Below, one piece after another: positions 46,910 to 57,798 of a DNA stretch of 64,000 bases (positions are counted from its first letter, which is position 1; every line of letters starts with the position of its first letter). The notes beneath the pieces were generated by a model. It saw only the letters and a program-made list of their open reading frames with translations. It searched no databases and was not told where the DNA came from. The stretch comes from Rhynchopus sp. YZ270_cl-10 (taxonomy: Eukaryota). The DNA is taken from contig OZ037837.1 in the NCBI GenBank assembly GCA_964035575.1, positions 806,001 through 870,000 of the forward strand. Reading direction: 5' to 3'. The translations under genes were made by a program, and so were the position numbers.

Positions 46910-48652
46910 CTAGCGTAAGTGTTGTGGTAGCTTCATGAGCACAACCTTGCTGCACTTGTCCTTGCCATGCAAGGTCTTCAATGATGTGCACTCGCCGAGG
47001 AAGATCCGCCCAATTGCGGTGACAGATTGTAGTCCACTTAGATCAACTGTGGACAATGATGCGCACCTGAAGAGGAACTGGAACCCAATCGAGGTGACAG
47101 CTTGCAATCCACTCAGATCAACTGTGGACAGGGATGTGCACCCTTGGAGAAAGTAGTTCCCAATCGAGGTGACACCTTGGAATCCACTCAAGTCAACTGT
47201 TGACAATGATGTGCACCTGAAGAAGAACATGTCACCAATCGTGGTGACACCTTGCAATCCACTCAAGTTAACTTTGGTCAAAGCTGTGCAGTTACGAAGG
47301 ACCTCCTTCCCAATCACAGTCACAGCAGACGCATGACTGAGATCAATGCACGTCACATCGGTTTCCGAGAAGAACTCGTCTGCAATCGCAGTCGCAACTC
47401 CTGCCTGCAGGAGCAAGCAAGCCACCTTCGGATCAGTCACCTGGTCCAATCTTGCTTCTGTAAGTGTTGTCTCACCCAACGCACGAAGTGCTGCAATGGC
47501 AGCCTGCTTCCTCCTCTCTGTGTTGACCTGCGTTACAACAACCCTGTGACCCCTCAGCTGCACCACGTCCTCTCCTTCTGCAATCACTTCATCTCTGAAA
47601 GTCATGTCGAAGCAGCCTTCACGCAACCCCACTGCAGACGCCACCTTCCGAAGCAAGTCCCTGCCCGTGTCATCCACACTCACCTCGATCTCGTGTTCCA
47701 CTCCATCCAACCCCTGCACAAGGACAGGCACAACAAGCGCAGACATCTGGGTAAGGGCGTCGTGCACGTTCGAAACAGGCAGCTTCAGGGAAAACGTTGC
47801 ATGTGGGTCTGCAGCACCCACAAGGCGGTGGCGGTCTCCACTCGCTGCTGCCATGCTGTTGATGTTCCGCACAACGGCCTGCGACTCTGTGAATGCACGC
47901 AGCACCTGGTCATTCCCAAGCTGGCACACCGCCTCGCACTCAGCAATCACGTGTCCTGCCTTCGCAACAAACGTCTTCAGCGCACACACCTCCCCTTCAC
48001 GACTGAGTGCCTGTGTGAGGAATCTGCGTGTCACCTCCTCCTCACACATGACTTCGTTGCGCGACACATCCTCACGCATCACGAGGTGCTCGACGTTTGT
48101 CTGCAGGAGAAGATCTTTGTACCTGTCTGTAAGTGGGAGTGCCACAAACACACGGCACTTCTCCTCTGCAGCAGTCCGCTGTGCTGCCAGGTCTGCCACG
48201 TGTGAGCAGAGAGTGTCACGCTGGCGTTTCATGTAGTCCGTGATGTCAACTGTCTTGTGTCCCGCATGTGTGTCGCACTTGTCACAGCGCATGCAGATCA
48301 ACGCGTCTCCACACGCAGGGTCTTCACAGACGAGGCACAGCTCTTGGCCTGGGTGATGTGCACACTTCGACGACGTCCCGTACGCAGTCACAGAAGCACG
48401 ATGTGCCTCACGGTCAAGTGGCCTTGTGTGGCAAGCGTCATAGCACGCAGGTGTGTCGCAGAAGAACAGCTCCTTACACATCCCGCACTGCAGCTGTGCA
48501 GGCACGCCACAGTTCTCACAGCTCGGCATCTGTGGTGCGGTGGGCTGCGTGTCAGACACCATGTTGTGTGTTTCGGAGAGGTGGGAGGGTGCAGGGCCAT
48601 CCACCCGGGCCTTCTTTGTGGTGGGGGACTCACTCACGGAGGAACGCTTCAT
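46910..48652 (-). CDS. B-box/CC/UBL/LRR protein, copy D (4 core LRRs)
   Basis: Paralogue; start placed at MKRSSVSESPTTKKARV by comparison with copies A and E. Confidence 0.88.
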   Translation of the reverse strand: MKRSSVSESPTTKKARVDGPAPSHLSETHNMVSDTQPTAPQMPSCENCGVPAQLQCGMCKELFFCDTPACYDACHTRPLDREAHRASVTAYGTSSKCAHHPGQELCLVCEDPACGDALICMRCDKCDTHAGHKTVDITDYMKRQRDTLCSHVADLAAQRTAAEEKCRVFVALPLTDRYKDLLLQTNVEHLVMREDVSRNEVMCEEEVTRRFLTQALSREGEVCALKTFVAKAGHVIAECEAVCQLGNDQVLRAFTESQAVVRNINSMAAASGDRHRLVGAADPHATFSLKLPVSNVHDALTQMSALVVPVLVQGLDGVEHEIEVSVDDTGRDLLRKVASAVGLREGCFDMTFRDEVIAEGEDVVQLRGHRVVVTQVNTERRKQAAIAALRALGETTLTEARLDQVTDPKVACLLLQAGVATAIADEFFSETDVTCIDLSHASAVTVIGKEVLRNCTALTKVNLSGLQGVTTIGDMFFFRCTSLSTVDLSGFQGVTSIGNYFLQGCTSLSTVDLSGLQAVTSIGFQFLFRCASLSTVDLSGLQSVTAIGRIFLGECTSLKTLHGKDKCSKVVLMKLPQHLR

Positions 48653-49380
48653 TTTTTCTGTGTTTTCTGAGATCTGTGTGTGGATCGTGAGTGTGATATT
48701 GTCTGTCATTGACACGTGGTCAAAACCAGTCAGGTAAGTGACAAGTGAATTACTTGTCGCTTCGCTTGTCAAAGAAATGACGAGTGACATCACTTGCCAC
48801 CTATCGTTGGCCGTGTCGTGCATCGGTTGCCTCCTCCGAAGCATGCACAACCGCTGCTGCGATGCCTTCCCAAGACAAAGCATTTCATCACTTTTCGCCT
48901 TTCTTTCAACTACTCCCGAGGGGCCAAGCTCCCCTTTCTAGTTGTGCGGAAATGTGTGAAGATGTGTGAAGATGTGTCATCAAGAAAAGAACACAAAACA
49001 CAAAGCTTTGCAAGACGAACCTGAGCCTCGCATGATAATCACCTGAAAAGGAGAGGGGGTGCCTCTTGGGGTGTGTGCTTTTTTATTTGAGATCGGTTTT
49101 CTTCTATCGACAATGACCCACAAAAGAGGGGCTTTTTCGGGGGATTGTTTTTTCCATCAACAACTGCCCAGGGAAAGGCACAATATATTATTGGGTACAG
49201 TGCTAGCTTCCTCAAAGAGACGTGTAGCGGGTGGTATGCAGTACTCAAAATGTATTTGGCATCCAACAAAAGTCCACAAAATTAGTACAAAAATCACCAA
49301 ATTGGTATAGCTGTAAAGGGGTGATTCACTTCAAAACAACATAGCTGCACTTTTCCTTTCCATGCAAGGTCGTCAACGCT

Positions 49381-49995
49381 ATATTAAACTTGAAAAACGT
49401 GATCCACCCCGCAAAAAGAAAAAGCAGCAAAAGGGAAGGATGGCACCACGGTGTGCCAGAGAGTGGCTTGATCCCATTTGCTGACTTATACCCAACAAAG
49501 ACGACACCTAAGTGAACAGGGGCCGTATACCACCGCTGGTGGCCTAGGTCAGTATATAAGCCAGTTCAAGGCCCGCACTCTGGCAGCGTCAAAAGAAATA
49601 AACAACAATAAAACCACCAGTCATTCCAATGGGAGGAACGAATGACTGGCATCTCCTAATTCTCTAAACTGCGGTGAGTGGAACACCCAACTGATGCAAA
49701 CCACTGCCGCAGGTTAGCACCTACAAAAAGCAAAGAAAAGCAAAGAAAAGAAAAGCAAAAGCTCTGCATGGTAGTAAAGTAGGTGCAGGGTCGCTTAAAT
49801 CCCTGAGGGCACAAAAAGCCCAGCATACACCTCCTCCAGTTGCTTTGGACCCTCCAGTATCATGTGCCCGGGTTTGCAAAAGTGCAATGCAACCATCCCA
49901 CGCGTGGCCTTCGTTCACTCAAAAAAAAAAGAGATTATATCCGGGGACGCCAGGGCAAAAATGCCGGGGGGCAGCCACCTCACGTTTTTGTCCCC
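49381..49995 (-). mobile_element. 615-bp short non-autonomous retroposon
   Basis: 17-bp TSD gcaaggtcgtcaacg(c/a)t at 49364-49380 and 49996-50012; no TIRs; 5' ribozyme fold. Confidence 0.85.
49904..49995 (-). ncRNA. HDV-like self-cleaving ribozyme
   Basis: P1 GGGGAC/GUCCCC, P2 GUGGCU/GGCCAC, P3 GCC/GGC, P1.1 CC/GG, weak P4 CUC/GAG, J4/2 CGAA; starts at nucleotide 1 of the insertion. Confidence 0.8.
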
Positions 49996-51082
49996 GCAAG
50001 GTCGTCAACGATGTGCACCAGTGGAGGAAGTGCTGCCCAGCGGCCGTGACAGCTTGCAACCCACTTAGATCAACTTTTTTTCATACACTCAGTTTGTTAA
50101 AACAAATAACCGCTAATCCCCTCCCCCCGTCTTCCGAAAAACAGAACATTTTTGCCTACAGTTCACATATTGGTCTTGTCGGACCTGAGAAAACGCGTGC
50201 ATGTTGCATACACATGCACACTTACACCCAACGATGAGGCTCATTGACACATTGCAACGAACTTCACATCCCGGGAAAATGCTATGACGAAAAGAGCGAC
50301 AAAAATACAAAAACGAGAAGACAAAACTAAGCCTATTGTGCTTAGGCACACGTATTTTTCCATTAAAGGACACACATGGGGGCAGAGACAGCACACCTTC
50401 CCAGGGTGTGGCAGGGTCCTTTGCTGAAAGCACGGGACTCTGGCCTCACTTTTCTTTCTTTATCCCAGAACTAGACACACACACAAACACCCCTACCCTC
50501 CCCTCCCCTCTGCTCCCCTCACCAATGAAACGTTAGTAACCACCCTCATTTATAAAGAAAACAAAGACTGATGCCAAGCCCTAGCCTCATAGAGGCGTCT
50601 GTGCTAGGGTGAAGCGCAAACCAGACTGGGCCAAAGTCTCAACTCCATTCAGTATCACACGACGGGAAAGAAAAGAGGGTCAGTTCTCCACGAATCCGTA
50701 GAGATACAAAACACCTGCGTGAAACCCACAGCAGTGTTCCAAACATCCAAAACTCAAAAATGAAAACAAAACTAATTTAGTGGACACACTTCTGATCCTA
50801 AGAAGGACCCCACCCTCACCTTCCCTCACCCAAACCCCAAAGAAATGCTCTGTTGTTCACAACACCCAGCCAACCCTCTCAAATCCTCCCAACTGTTTCG
50901 TATGACTCATCCCAACAAACCCCACCTCACTCTGTCACCACCTCCCAAAAATAATAAAGAAGCACACCTCAGCACAGTGCAGAGCAGCCGTCGTGCAGCT
51001 CACCACACAGTGCGAGGGGTGAAGATGCACAACAACAACTGCTCCAAAAGTGAACGCTTTCTTGCTTGTCACTCGCGTAAGT

Positions 51083-51337
51083 CCACCTGTCGCGCATGAT
51101 CTTTCTTTCCCCCCACCCCACCCCCTTGTCTTTGCTTCCCTCCACCCCCTCCTCCTCCTCCCTAGTTCGTCCTCAAGGGCATCTCCCCTGTCGTGCACCG
51201 CTTAGTGGTGTCCTTCCGTAATTATCCAAAGTATTGTTTTCCCCACCCCCCACCCCGTTGCTTTAACTTTGCTTGCACATCCCGCCCCCCCGTCCCCTAT
51301 CAAAAAAGGAAAAGAAGACTATCGCATCAGATAGCTG
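51083..51337. mobile_element. 255-bp insertion with 12-bp TSD at the stop codon of copy E
   Basis: actcgcgtaagt duplicated at 51071-51082 and 51338-51349. Confidence 0.8.
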
Positions 51338-53231
51338 ACTCGCGTAAGTGTTGTGGTAGCTTCTTGAGTACAGCCTTTCTGCACTTGTCCTTTCCATGCA
51401 AGGTCTTCAATAATGTGCACTCGTGGAGGAAGTGCTCCCCAACGGCCTTGACAGCTTGCAATCCAGTTAGATCAACTGTGTGCAATGATGCGCACCCGGT
51501 GAGGAAGTGCCGCCCAATCGAGGTGACACCTTGTAATCCACTCAAATCAACTGTGGACAAGGATGTGCACCCGAGGAGAAACTGGTGCCCAATCGATGTG
51601 ACGCATTGCAATCCACTCAAATCAACTGTTGACAAGGATGTGCACTGTTGGAGGAACTGTGCCCTGATCCTGGTGACACCTTGGAATGCACTCAGATCAA
51701 CCGTCGACAATGATGTGCACCCGGCGAGGAAGCCGTCCGCAATCGAGCTGACAGCTTGGAATCCACTTAGATCAGCTGTGGGCAACGACGCACACCCGCT
51801 GAGGAACATACACCCAATCGTGGTGACAGCTTGCAATCCACTCAGGTCGACGTTGGTCAAAGCTGTGCAGTTATAAAGTACGAAGTTCCCAATCGCAGTC
51901 ACAGCAGACGCATGACTGAGATCAATGCACGTCACTGTAGTTTTCCAGAAGAAGTTGTCTGGAATCGCAGTCGCAACTTGTGCCTGCAGGAGCAAGCAAG
52001 CCACCTTCGGATCAGTCACCTGCTTCAATCTTGCTTCTGTAAGTGTTGTCTCACCCAACGCACGAAGTGCTGCAATGGCATCCTGCTTCCTCCTCTGTGC
52101 ATTTGTCTGCTTTACAACAACCCTGTGACCCCTCAGCTGCACCACGTCCTCTCCTTCTGCAATCACTTCATCTCTGAAAGTCATGTCGAAGCCGTCTTCA
52201 CGCAACCCCACTGCAGACGCCACCTTCCGAAGCAAGTCCCTGCCCGTGTCAGCCACACGGACCTCAATCTCGTGTTCCACTCCATCCAACCCCTGCACAA
52301 GGACAGGCACAAAAAGCGCAGACACCTGGGCAAGGGCGTCGTGCACGTTCGAAACAGGCAGATTCAGGGAAAACGTTGCGTGTGGGTCTGCAGCACCCAC
52401 AAGGCGGTGGCGGTCTCCACTCGCTGCCATGCTGTTGATGTTCCGCACAACGGCCTGCAACTCTGGGACCGCACGCAGCACCTGGTCGTCCCCAAGCTGG
52501 CACACCGCCTCGCACTCAGCAATCATGTGTCCTGCCTTCGCAACAAACATCTTCAGCGCACACACCTCCCCTTCACGACTGAGTGCCTGTGTGAGGAATC
52601 TCCGTGCCAACTCCTCCTCACACACGACTTCGCTGCGCGACACATCCTCACGCATCACGAAATGCCCGACGTGTGTCTGCAGGAGAAGGTCTTTGTACCT
52701 GTCCTCCGTGAGTGGGAGTGCCTCAAACACACGGCACTTCTCCTCTGCAGCAGTCCGCTGTGCTGCCAGGTCTGCCACGTGTGAGTGGAGGGTGTCACGC
52801 TGGCGTTTCATGTAGTCCGTGATGTCAACTGTCTTGTGTCCCGCATGTGTGTCGCACTTGTCACAACGCATGCAGATCAACACGTCTCCACACGCAGGGT
52901 CTTCACAGACGAGGGACAGCTCTTGGCCTGGGTGATGTGCACACTTCGACGACGTCCCGTACGCAGTCACAGAAGCACGATGTGCCTCACGGTCACGTGG
53001 CCTTGGGTGGCAAGCGTCATAGCACGCAGGTGTGTCGCAGAAGAACAGCTCCTTGCAGATCCCGCACTGCAGCTGTGCAGGCACGCCACAGTTCTCACAG
53101 CTCGGCATCTGTGGTGCGGTGGGCTGCGTGTCAGACACCATGTTGTGTGTTTCGGAGAGGTGGGAGGGTGCAGGGCCGTCCACCCGGGCCTTCTTTGTGG
53201 TGGGGGACTCACTCACGGAGGAACGCTTCAT
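51327..53231 (-). CDS. B-box/CC/UBL/LRR protein, copy E (6 core LRRs)
   Basis: 634-aa ORF; the last residues SAI* are supplied by the insertion. Confidence 0.88.
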   Translation of the reverse strand: MKRSSVSESPTTKKARVDGPAPSHLSETHNMVSDTQPTAPQMPSCENCGVPAQLQCGICKELFFCDTPACYDACHPRPRDREAHRASVTAYGTSSKCAHHPGQELSLVCEDPACGDVLICMRCDKCDTHAGHKTVDITDYMKRQRDTLHSHVADLAAQRTAAEEKCRVFEALPLTEDRYKDLLLQTHVGHFVMREDVSRSEVVCEEELARRFLTQALSREGEVCALKMFVAKAGHMIAECEAVCQLGDDQVLRAVPELQAVVRNINSMAASGDRHRLVGAADPHATFSLNLPVSNVHDALAQVSALFVPVLVQGLDGVEHEIEVRVADTGRDLLRKVASAVGLREDGFDMTFRDEVIAEGEDVVQLRGHRVVVKQTNAQRRKQDAIAALRALGETTLTEARLKQVTDPKVACLLLQAQVATAIPDNFFWKTTVTCIDLSHASAVTAIGNFVLYNCTALTNVDLSGLQAVTTIGCMFLSGCASLPTADLSGFQAVSSIADGFLAGCTSLSTVDLSAFQGVTRIRAQFLQQCTSLSTVDLSGLQCVTSIGHQFLLGCTSLSTVDLSGLQGVTSIGRHFLTGCASLHTVDLTGLQAVKAVGEHFLHECTLLKTLHGKDKCRKAVLKKLPQHLRESAI

Positions 53232-53877
53232 TTTTTTTCTGTGTTTTCTGAGATCTGTGTGTGGATCGTGAGTGTAATATTGTCTGTCATTGACACGTGG
53301 TCAATACCATTCAGGTAAGTGACAAGTAAATTACTTGTCGTTTCCCTTGTCAAAGAAATGACAAGTGACATCACCTATCGTTGGCCGTGTCGTGCATCGG
53401 TTGCCTCCTCCGAAGCATGCACAACCGCTGCTGCGATGCCTTCCCAAGACAAAGCATTTCATCACTTTTCGCCGTTCTTTCAACTACTCCCGAGGGGCAA
53501 AGCTCCCCTTTCTAGTTGTGCGGAAATGTGTGAAGATGTGTGAAGATGTGTCATCAGGAAAATAATACAAAATACAAAGCTTTGCAAGACGAACCTGAGC
53601 CTCGCATGAAAAGGTGCCTCTTGGGGTGTGTGCTTTTTTATTTGAGATCGGTTTTCTTGCATCGACAATGGCCCACGAAAGAGGTGGGGCTTTTTTCTTT
53701 TTTTTGGGGGGTTGTTTTGTCCATCCACGGCTGCCCAGGGAAAGGCACAATGTATAATTGGGTACAGTGCTAGCTTCCTCAAAGAGACGTGTAGCGGGTG
53801 GTATGCAGTACTCAAAATGTATTTGGCATCCAACAAAAGTCCACAAAATTAGTACAAAAATACCCAAATTGGTATAA

Positions 53878-55244
53878 GGGCAAACAAATTTTTCGTTTGC
53901 GTTCGCGTCCTAAGGGTACCCAGAAAAACCTAGGCAGGCAGGCAAAAAAAAGTTTGTTTCAAAAAAAAGTTTTTTTCAAAATGTGCTTGCTGAACCCGGG
54001 AGTTGACCCTCCGGAGTCGGTTTTTTCTCTTTTTTTTTTCCTGTTGACACTGGTTTTGACTATTTTCTCATATTTCCCAAAATGGAACCACCTAAAGTTA
54101 TATTATAAAATAGCAGGTGAGCACTTTTTCCCCGGATGAGTACCCAGGCCACAGGCCACAGTACGGTGGTGCTGGTGAAGCTTTTAACGCCGGCATTTGC
54201 ATTTTCGGAATCCGTCCGTCCAGTGGTGGGGTCAATTTGCTGAAATGGACAAGTTCTCGTTTTTGATCAATTTCCTCACAGTATACACAGTATACACAGT
54301 ATACACAGTATACACAGTATACACAGTATACACAGTATACACAGTATACACAGTATACACAGTATACACAGTATACACAGTATACACAGTATACACAGTA
54401 TACACAGTATACACAGTATACACAGTATACACAGTATACACAGTATACACAGTATACACAGTATACACAGTATACACAGTATACACAGTATACACAGTAT
54501 ACACAGTATACACAGTATACACAGACGGAAATTTCCCAGGGTCGGGAGATGAGCAGGGGAGGGAAGAATGTTAACTCACAGCCCAGGGTGTCTCCTAATT
54601 CTGGAAATTTTTCAAAATTCCGACATCCGGAAGCAATTTTTTTCCCTGGAAAAAAAGTGGGTTTGCAGCCCCAAAACATACTGCGATTGGCATTTCCGGA
54701 ATCCGTCCGCGCTGTGGTGGGGTCACTTTGCCGAAATAGCCAAGTTCTTGGTTTTGGACAAAATGAGTGTAAGGTAAAGGGGGTAGGTAAATCCCACAAC
54801 CCAGATTTTCTCCCTGATCCTGAAAACATGAAAATGCCCGAAAACACCGGCATTTGCATTTTCGGAATCCGTCCGGCCAGTGGTGGGGTCAATTTGCCAA
54901 AATGGACAAGTTCTTGCTTGTGGTCAAAACCCGTCAGCGTAACGTAAAGGGGGCTAAGTGTTTGCCTGTAGAAACTGGTAGGAACAGACAGCGCCGCAGG
55001 CGCACGGTACCCAACATACTTTTTTCGGGAAAATACCAAAACATAAGCACTTTAAACACGTCCCTAATTTTTCCGCAAACTTTTTCCCTGGCAATTTTTT
55101 TCCAAAGACCGGAAGCGGAAGCAAATTAGGAAACACCCTGACACAGCCTCAACACAAAAAAATTGAAAAAAACTTTTTTCCCCAAAAATCTCAAAAAAAC
55201 CTAGGCAGGCAGGACGCGAACGCATAAAAAAAGTTTGTTTGCCC
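53878..55244. mobile_element. PIF/Harbinger-like non-autonomous element (TAA TSD) with nested repeat
   Basis: TAA|GGGCAAACAAA..TGCGTTCGCGTCC TIR; empty site ggtataacttgaaagggg at ~62421. Confidence 0.85.
54277..54524. repeat. (CAGTATACA)n satellite
   Basis: ~27 perfect 9-mers. Confidence 0.97.
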
Positions 55245-56130
55245 TAACTGAAAAGGGGTGATTCACTTCTTCCCCACTTTTTGCGCCCCCATTCAGCCAC
55301 ACCACAAATCTGCTTTATTTGGACACAGGTATTTGGACCCTTTACCTGAAAACAATAAGAAGAGACGAAAAGAAGACGTCAATACAAACAGAAAAGCGGC
55401 ACACGGTCTTCGTCTGCACACCCATACCCACACAACGCTCCCTCTTGCTTGTTGCCTTTACGTATTTACAGACCTGCACGAACAACGACGGGGCGCATGG
55501 ACACACTCCTACTAGCTTTACATCGCAGGAAATGGAGTGACAAAAAGAAGAAAAGATAGAAATGAGTTTTTTGAGTGTTGATGATTGAGTGTTGCGAAAA
55601 GTTGATGAGACAAAACTAAGCCTATTGTGCTTAGTCACACGTACCTTTTTCATTAAAGGACAGCCATACATGGGGGCACAGACAGCACACCTTCCCAGGG
55701 TGTGGCAGGGTCCTTCGCTGAAAGCACGGGACTCTGGCCTCACTTTTCTTTCTTTATCCCAGAACTAGACACACAAACACCCCTGCCCTACCTACCCTCT
55801 GCACCCCTCACCAATGAAACGTTCGTAGCCACCCTCATTTATAAAGAAAACAAAGACTGATGCCAAGCCCTAGCCTCATAGAGGCATCTGTGCTAGGGTG
55901 AAGCGCAAATCTACCTTCCTTCACCCAAACCCCAAAGAAATGCTCTGTTGTTCACAACACCCAGCCAACCCTCTAATCCTCCCAATTGTATCGTATGACT
56001 CATCCTAACAAACCCCACCTCACTCTGTCACCAGCTTGACTGTTGACTGCCGTGGTGCAGCTGACCACACAGTGCGAGGGGTGAAGATGCACAACAACAA
56101 GTGTTGCACGCGTAAGATTTTTCTTGCTTC

Positions 56131-57798
56131 TCAATTGAGCAAGCTTCGGGGTAGACTCAGACTTATAGTTTTGAAAACAACATAGCTGCACTTTTCCTTT
56201 CCCTGCAAGGTCGTCAACGCTGTGCACCAGTGGAGGAAGTGCTGCCCAACGGCCGTGACAGCTTGCAACCCACTTAGATCAACTGTGGACAATGATGCGC
56301 ACCCAAAGAGGAAGTTGTTCCCAATCGAGGTGACAGCATGGAATCCACTCAAGTCAACTGTCGATAATGATGTGCACCCGAAAAGGAAGTTGCTCCCAAT
56401 CGAGGTGACACCTTGCAATCCACCCAATTCGACTTTGGTCAAAGCTGTGCAGTCACGAAGGAAGTCGTTCCCGATCACAGTCACAGCAGACGCATGACTG
56501 AGATCAATGCACGTCACTGCAGAACTCGAGAAGAAGTAGTCTGGAATCGCAGTCGCAACTTGTGCCTGCAGGAGCAAGCAAGCCACCTTCGGATCAGTCA
56601 CCTGCTTCAATCTTGCTTCTGCAAATATTGTCTCACCCAACGCACGAAGTTCTGCAATGGCATCATCCTTCCTCTGTGTGTTGACCTGCGTTACAACAAC
56701 CCTGTGACCCCTCAGCTGCACCACGTCCTCTCCTTTTGCAATCACTTCATCTCTGAAAGTCATGTCGAAGCCGTCTTCACGCAACCTCACTGCAGACGCC
56801 ACCTTCCGAAGCAAGTCCCTGCCCGTGTCATCCACACTCACCTCAATCTCGTGTTCCACTCCATCCAACCCCTGCACAAAGACAGGCACAAAAAGCGCAG
56901 ACACCTGGGCAAGGGCGTCGTGCACGTTCGAAACAGGCAGATTCAGGGAAAACTTTGCGTGTGGGTCTGCAGCACCCACAAGGCGGTGGCGGTCTCCACT
57001 TGGCGCTGCCATGCTGTTGATGTTCCGCACAACGGCCTGCGACTCTGTGAATGCACGCAGCACCTGGTCATTCCCAAGCTGGCACACCGCCTCACACTCA
57101 GCAATCATGTGTCCTGCCTTCGCAACAAACGTCTTCAGCGCACACACCTCCCCTTCACGACTGAGTGCCTGTGTGAGGAAGCTCCGTGCCAACTCCTCCT
57201 CACACACGACTTCGCTGCGCGACACATCCTCACGCATCACGAGGTGCCCGACGTGTGTCTGCAGGAGAAGGTCTTTGTATCTGTCTTTGTACCTGTCCTC
57301 CGTGGGTGGGAGTGCCTCAAGCACATGGCACTTCTCCTCTGCAGCAGTCCGCTGTGCTTCCAGGTCTGCCACGTGTGAGCAGAGGGTGTCACGCTGGCGT
57401 TTCATGTAGTCCGTGATGTCAACTGTCTTGTGTCCCGCATGTGTGTCGCACTTGTCACAGCGCATGCAGATCAACGCGTCTCCACACGCAGGGTCTTCAC
57501 AGACGAGGCACAGCTCTTGGCCTGGGTGATGTGCACACTTCGACGACGCTCCGAACGAAGTCACAGAAGCGCGATGTGCCTCACGGTCACGTGGCCTTGG
57601 GTGGCAAGCGTCATAGCACGCAGGTGTGTCGCAGAAGAACAGCTCCACGCACATCCCGCACTGCAGCTGTGCAAGCACGCCACAGTTCTCACAGCTCGGC
57701 ATCTGTGGTGCGGTGGGCTGCGTGTCAGACCCCATGTTGTGTGTTTTGAAGAGGTGGGAGGGTGCAGGGGTGTCTGGAAGGGGTTGGGTGGGTGGCAT
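56131..57798 (-). CDS. B-box/CC/UBL/LRR protein, copy F (3 core LRRs, variant C-terminus)
   Basis: Paralogue; DRYK micro-duplication; tail KCSYVVFKTISLSLPRSLLN. Confidence 0.88.
   Translation of the reverse strand: MPPTQPLPDTPAPSHLFKTHNMGSDTQPTAPQMPSCENCGVLAQLQCGMCVELFFCDTPACYDACHPRPRDREAHRASVTSFGASSKCAHHPGQELCLVCEDPACGDALICMRCDKCDTHAGHKTVDITDYMKRQRDTLCSHVADLEAQRTAAEEKCHVLEALPPTEDRYKDRYKDLLLQTHVGHLVMREDVSRSEVVCEEELARSFLTQALSREGEVCALKTFVAKAGHMIAECEAVCQLGNDQVLRAFTESQAVVRNINSMAAPSGDRHRLVGAADPHAKFSLNLPVSNVHDALAQVSALFVPVFVQGLDGVEHEIEVSVDDTGRDLLRKVASAVRLREDGFDMTFRDEVIAKGEDVVQLRGHRVVVTQVNTQRKDDAIAELRALGETIFAEARLKQVTDPKVACLLLQAQVATAIPDYFFSSSAVTCIDLSHASAVTVIGNDFLRDCTALTKVELGGLQGVTSIGSNFLFGCTSLSTVDLSGFHAVTSIGNNFLFGCASLSTVDLSGLQAVTAVGQHFLHWCTALTTLQGKEKCSYVVFKTISLSLPRSLLN

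Larger units (their letters stand above)
49333..50075 (-). pseudogene. Orphan terminal-LRR remnant of a copy F-like gene, interrupted by a retroposon
   Basis: 49333-49380 plus 49996-50075 match 56174-56284 and join directly to upstream sequence matching ~58041 (large internal deletion). Confidence 0.8.
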
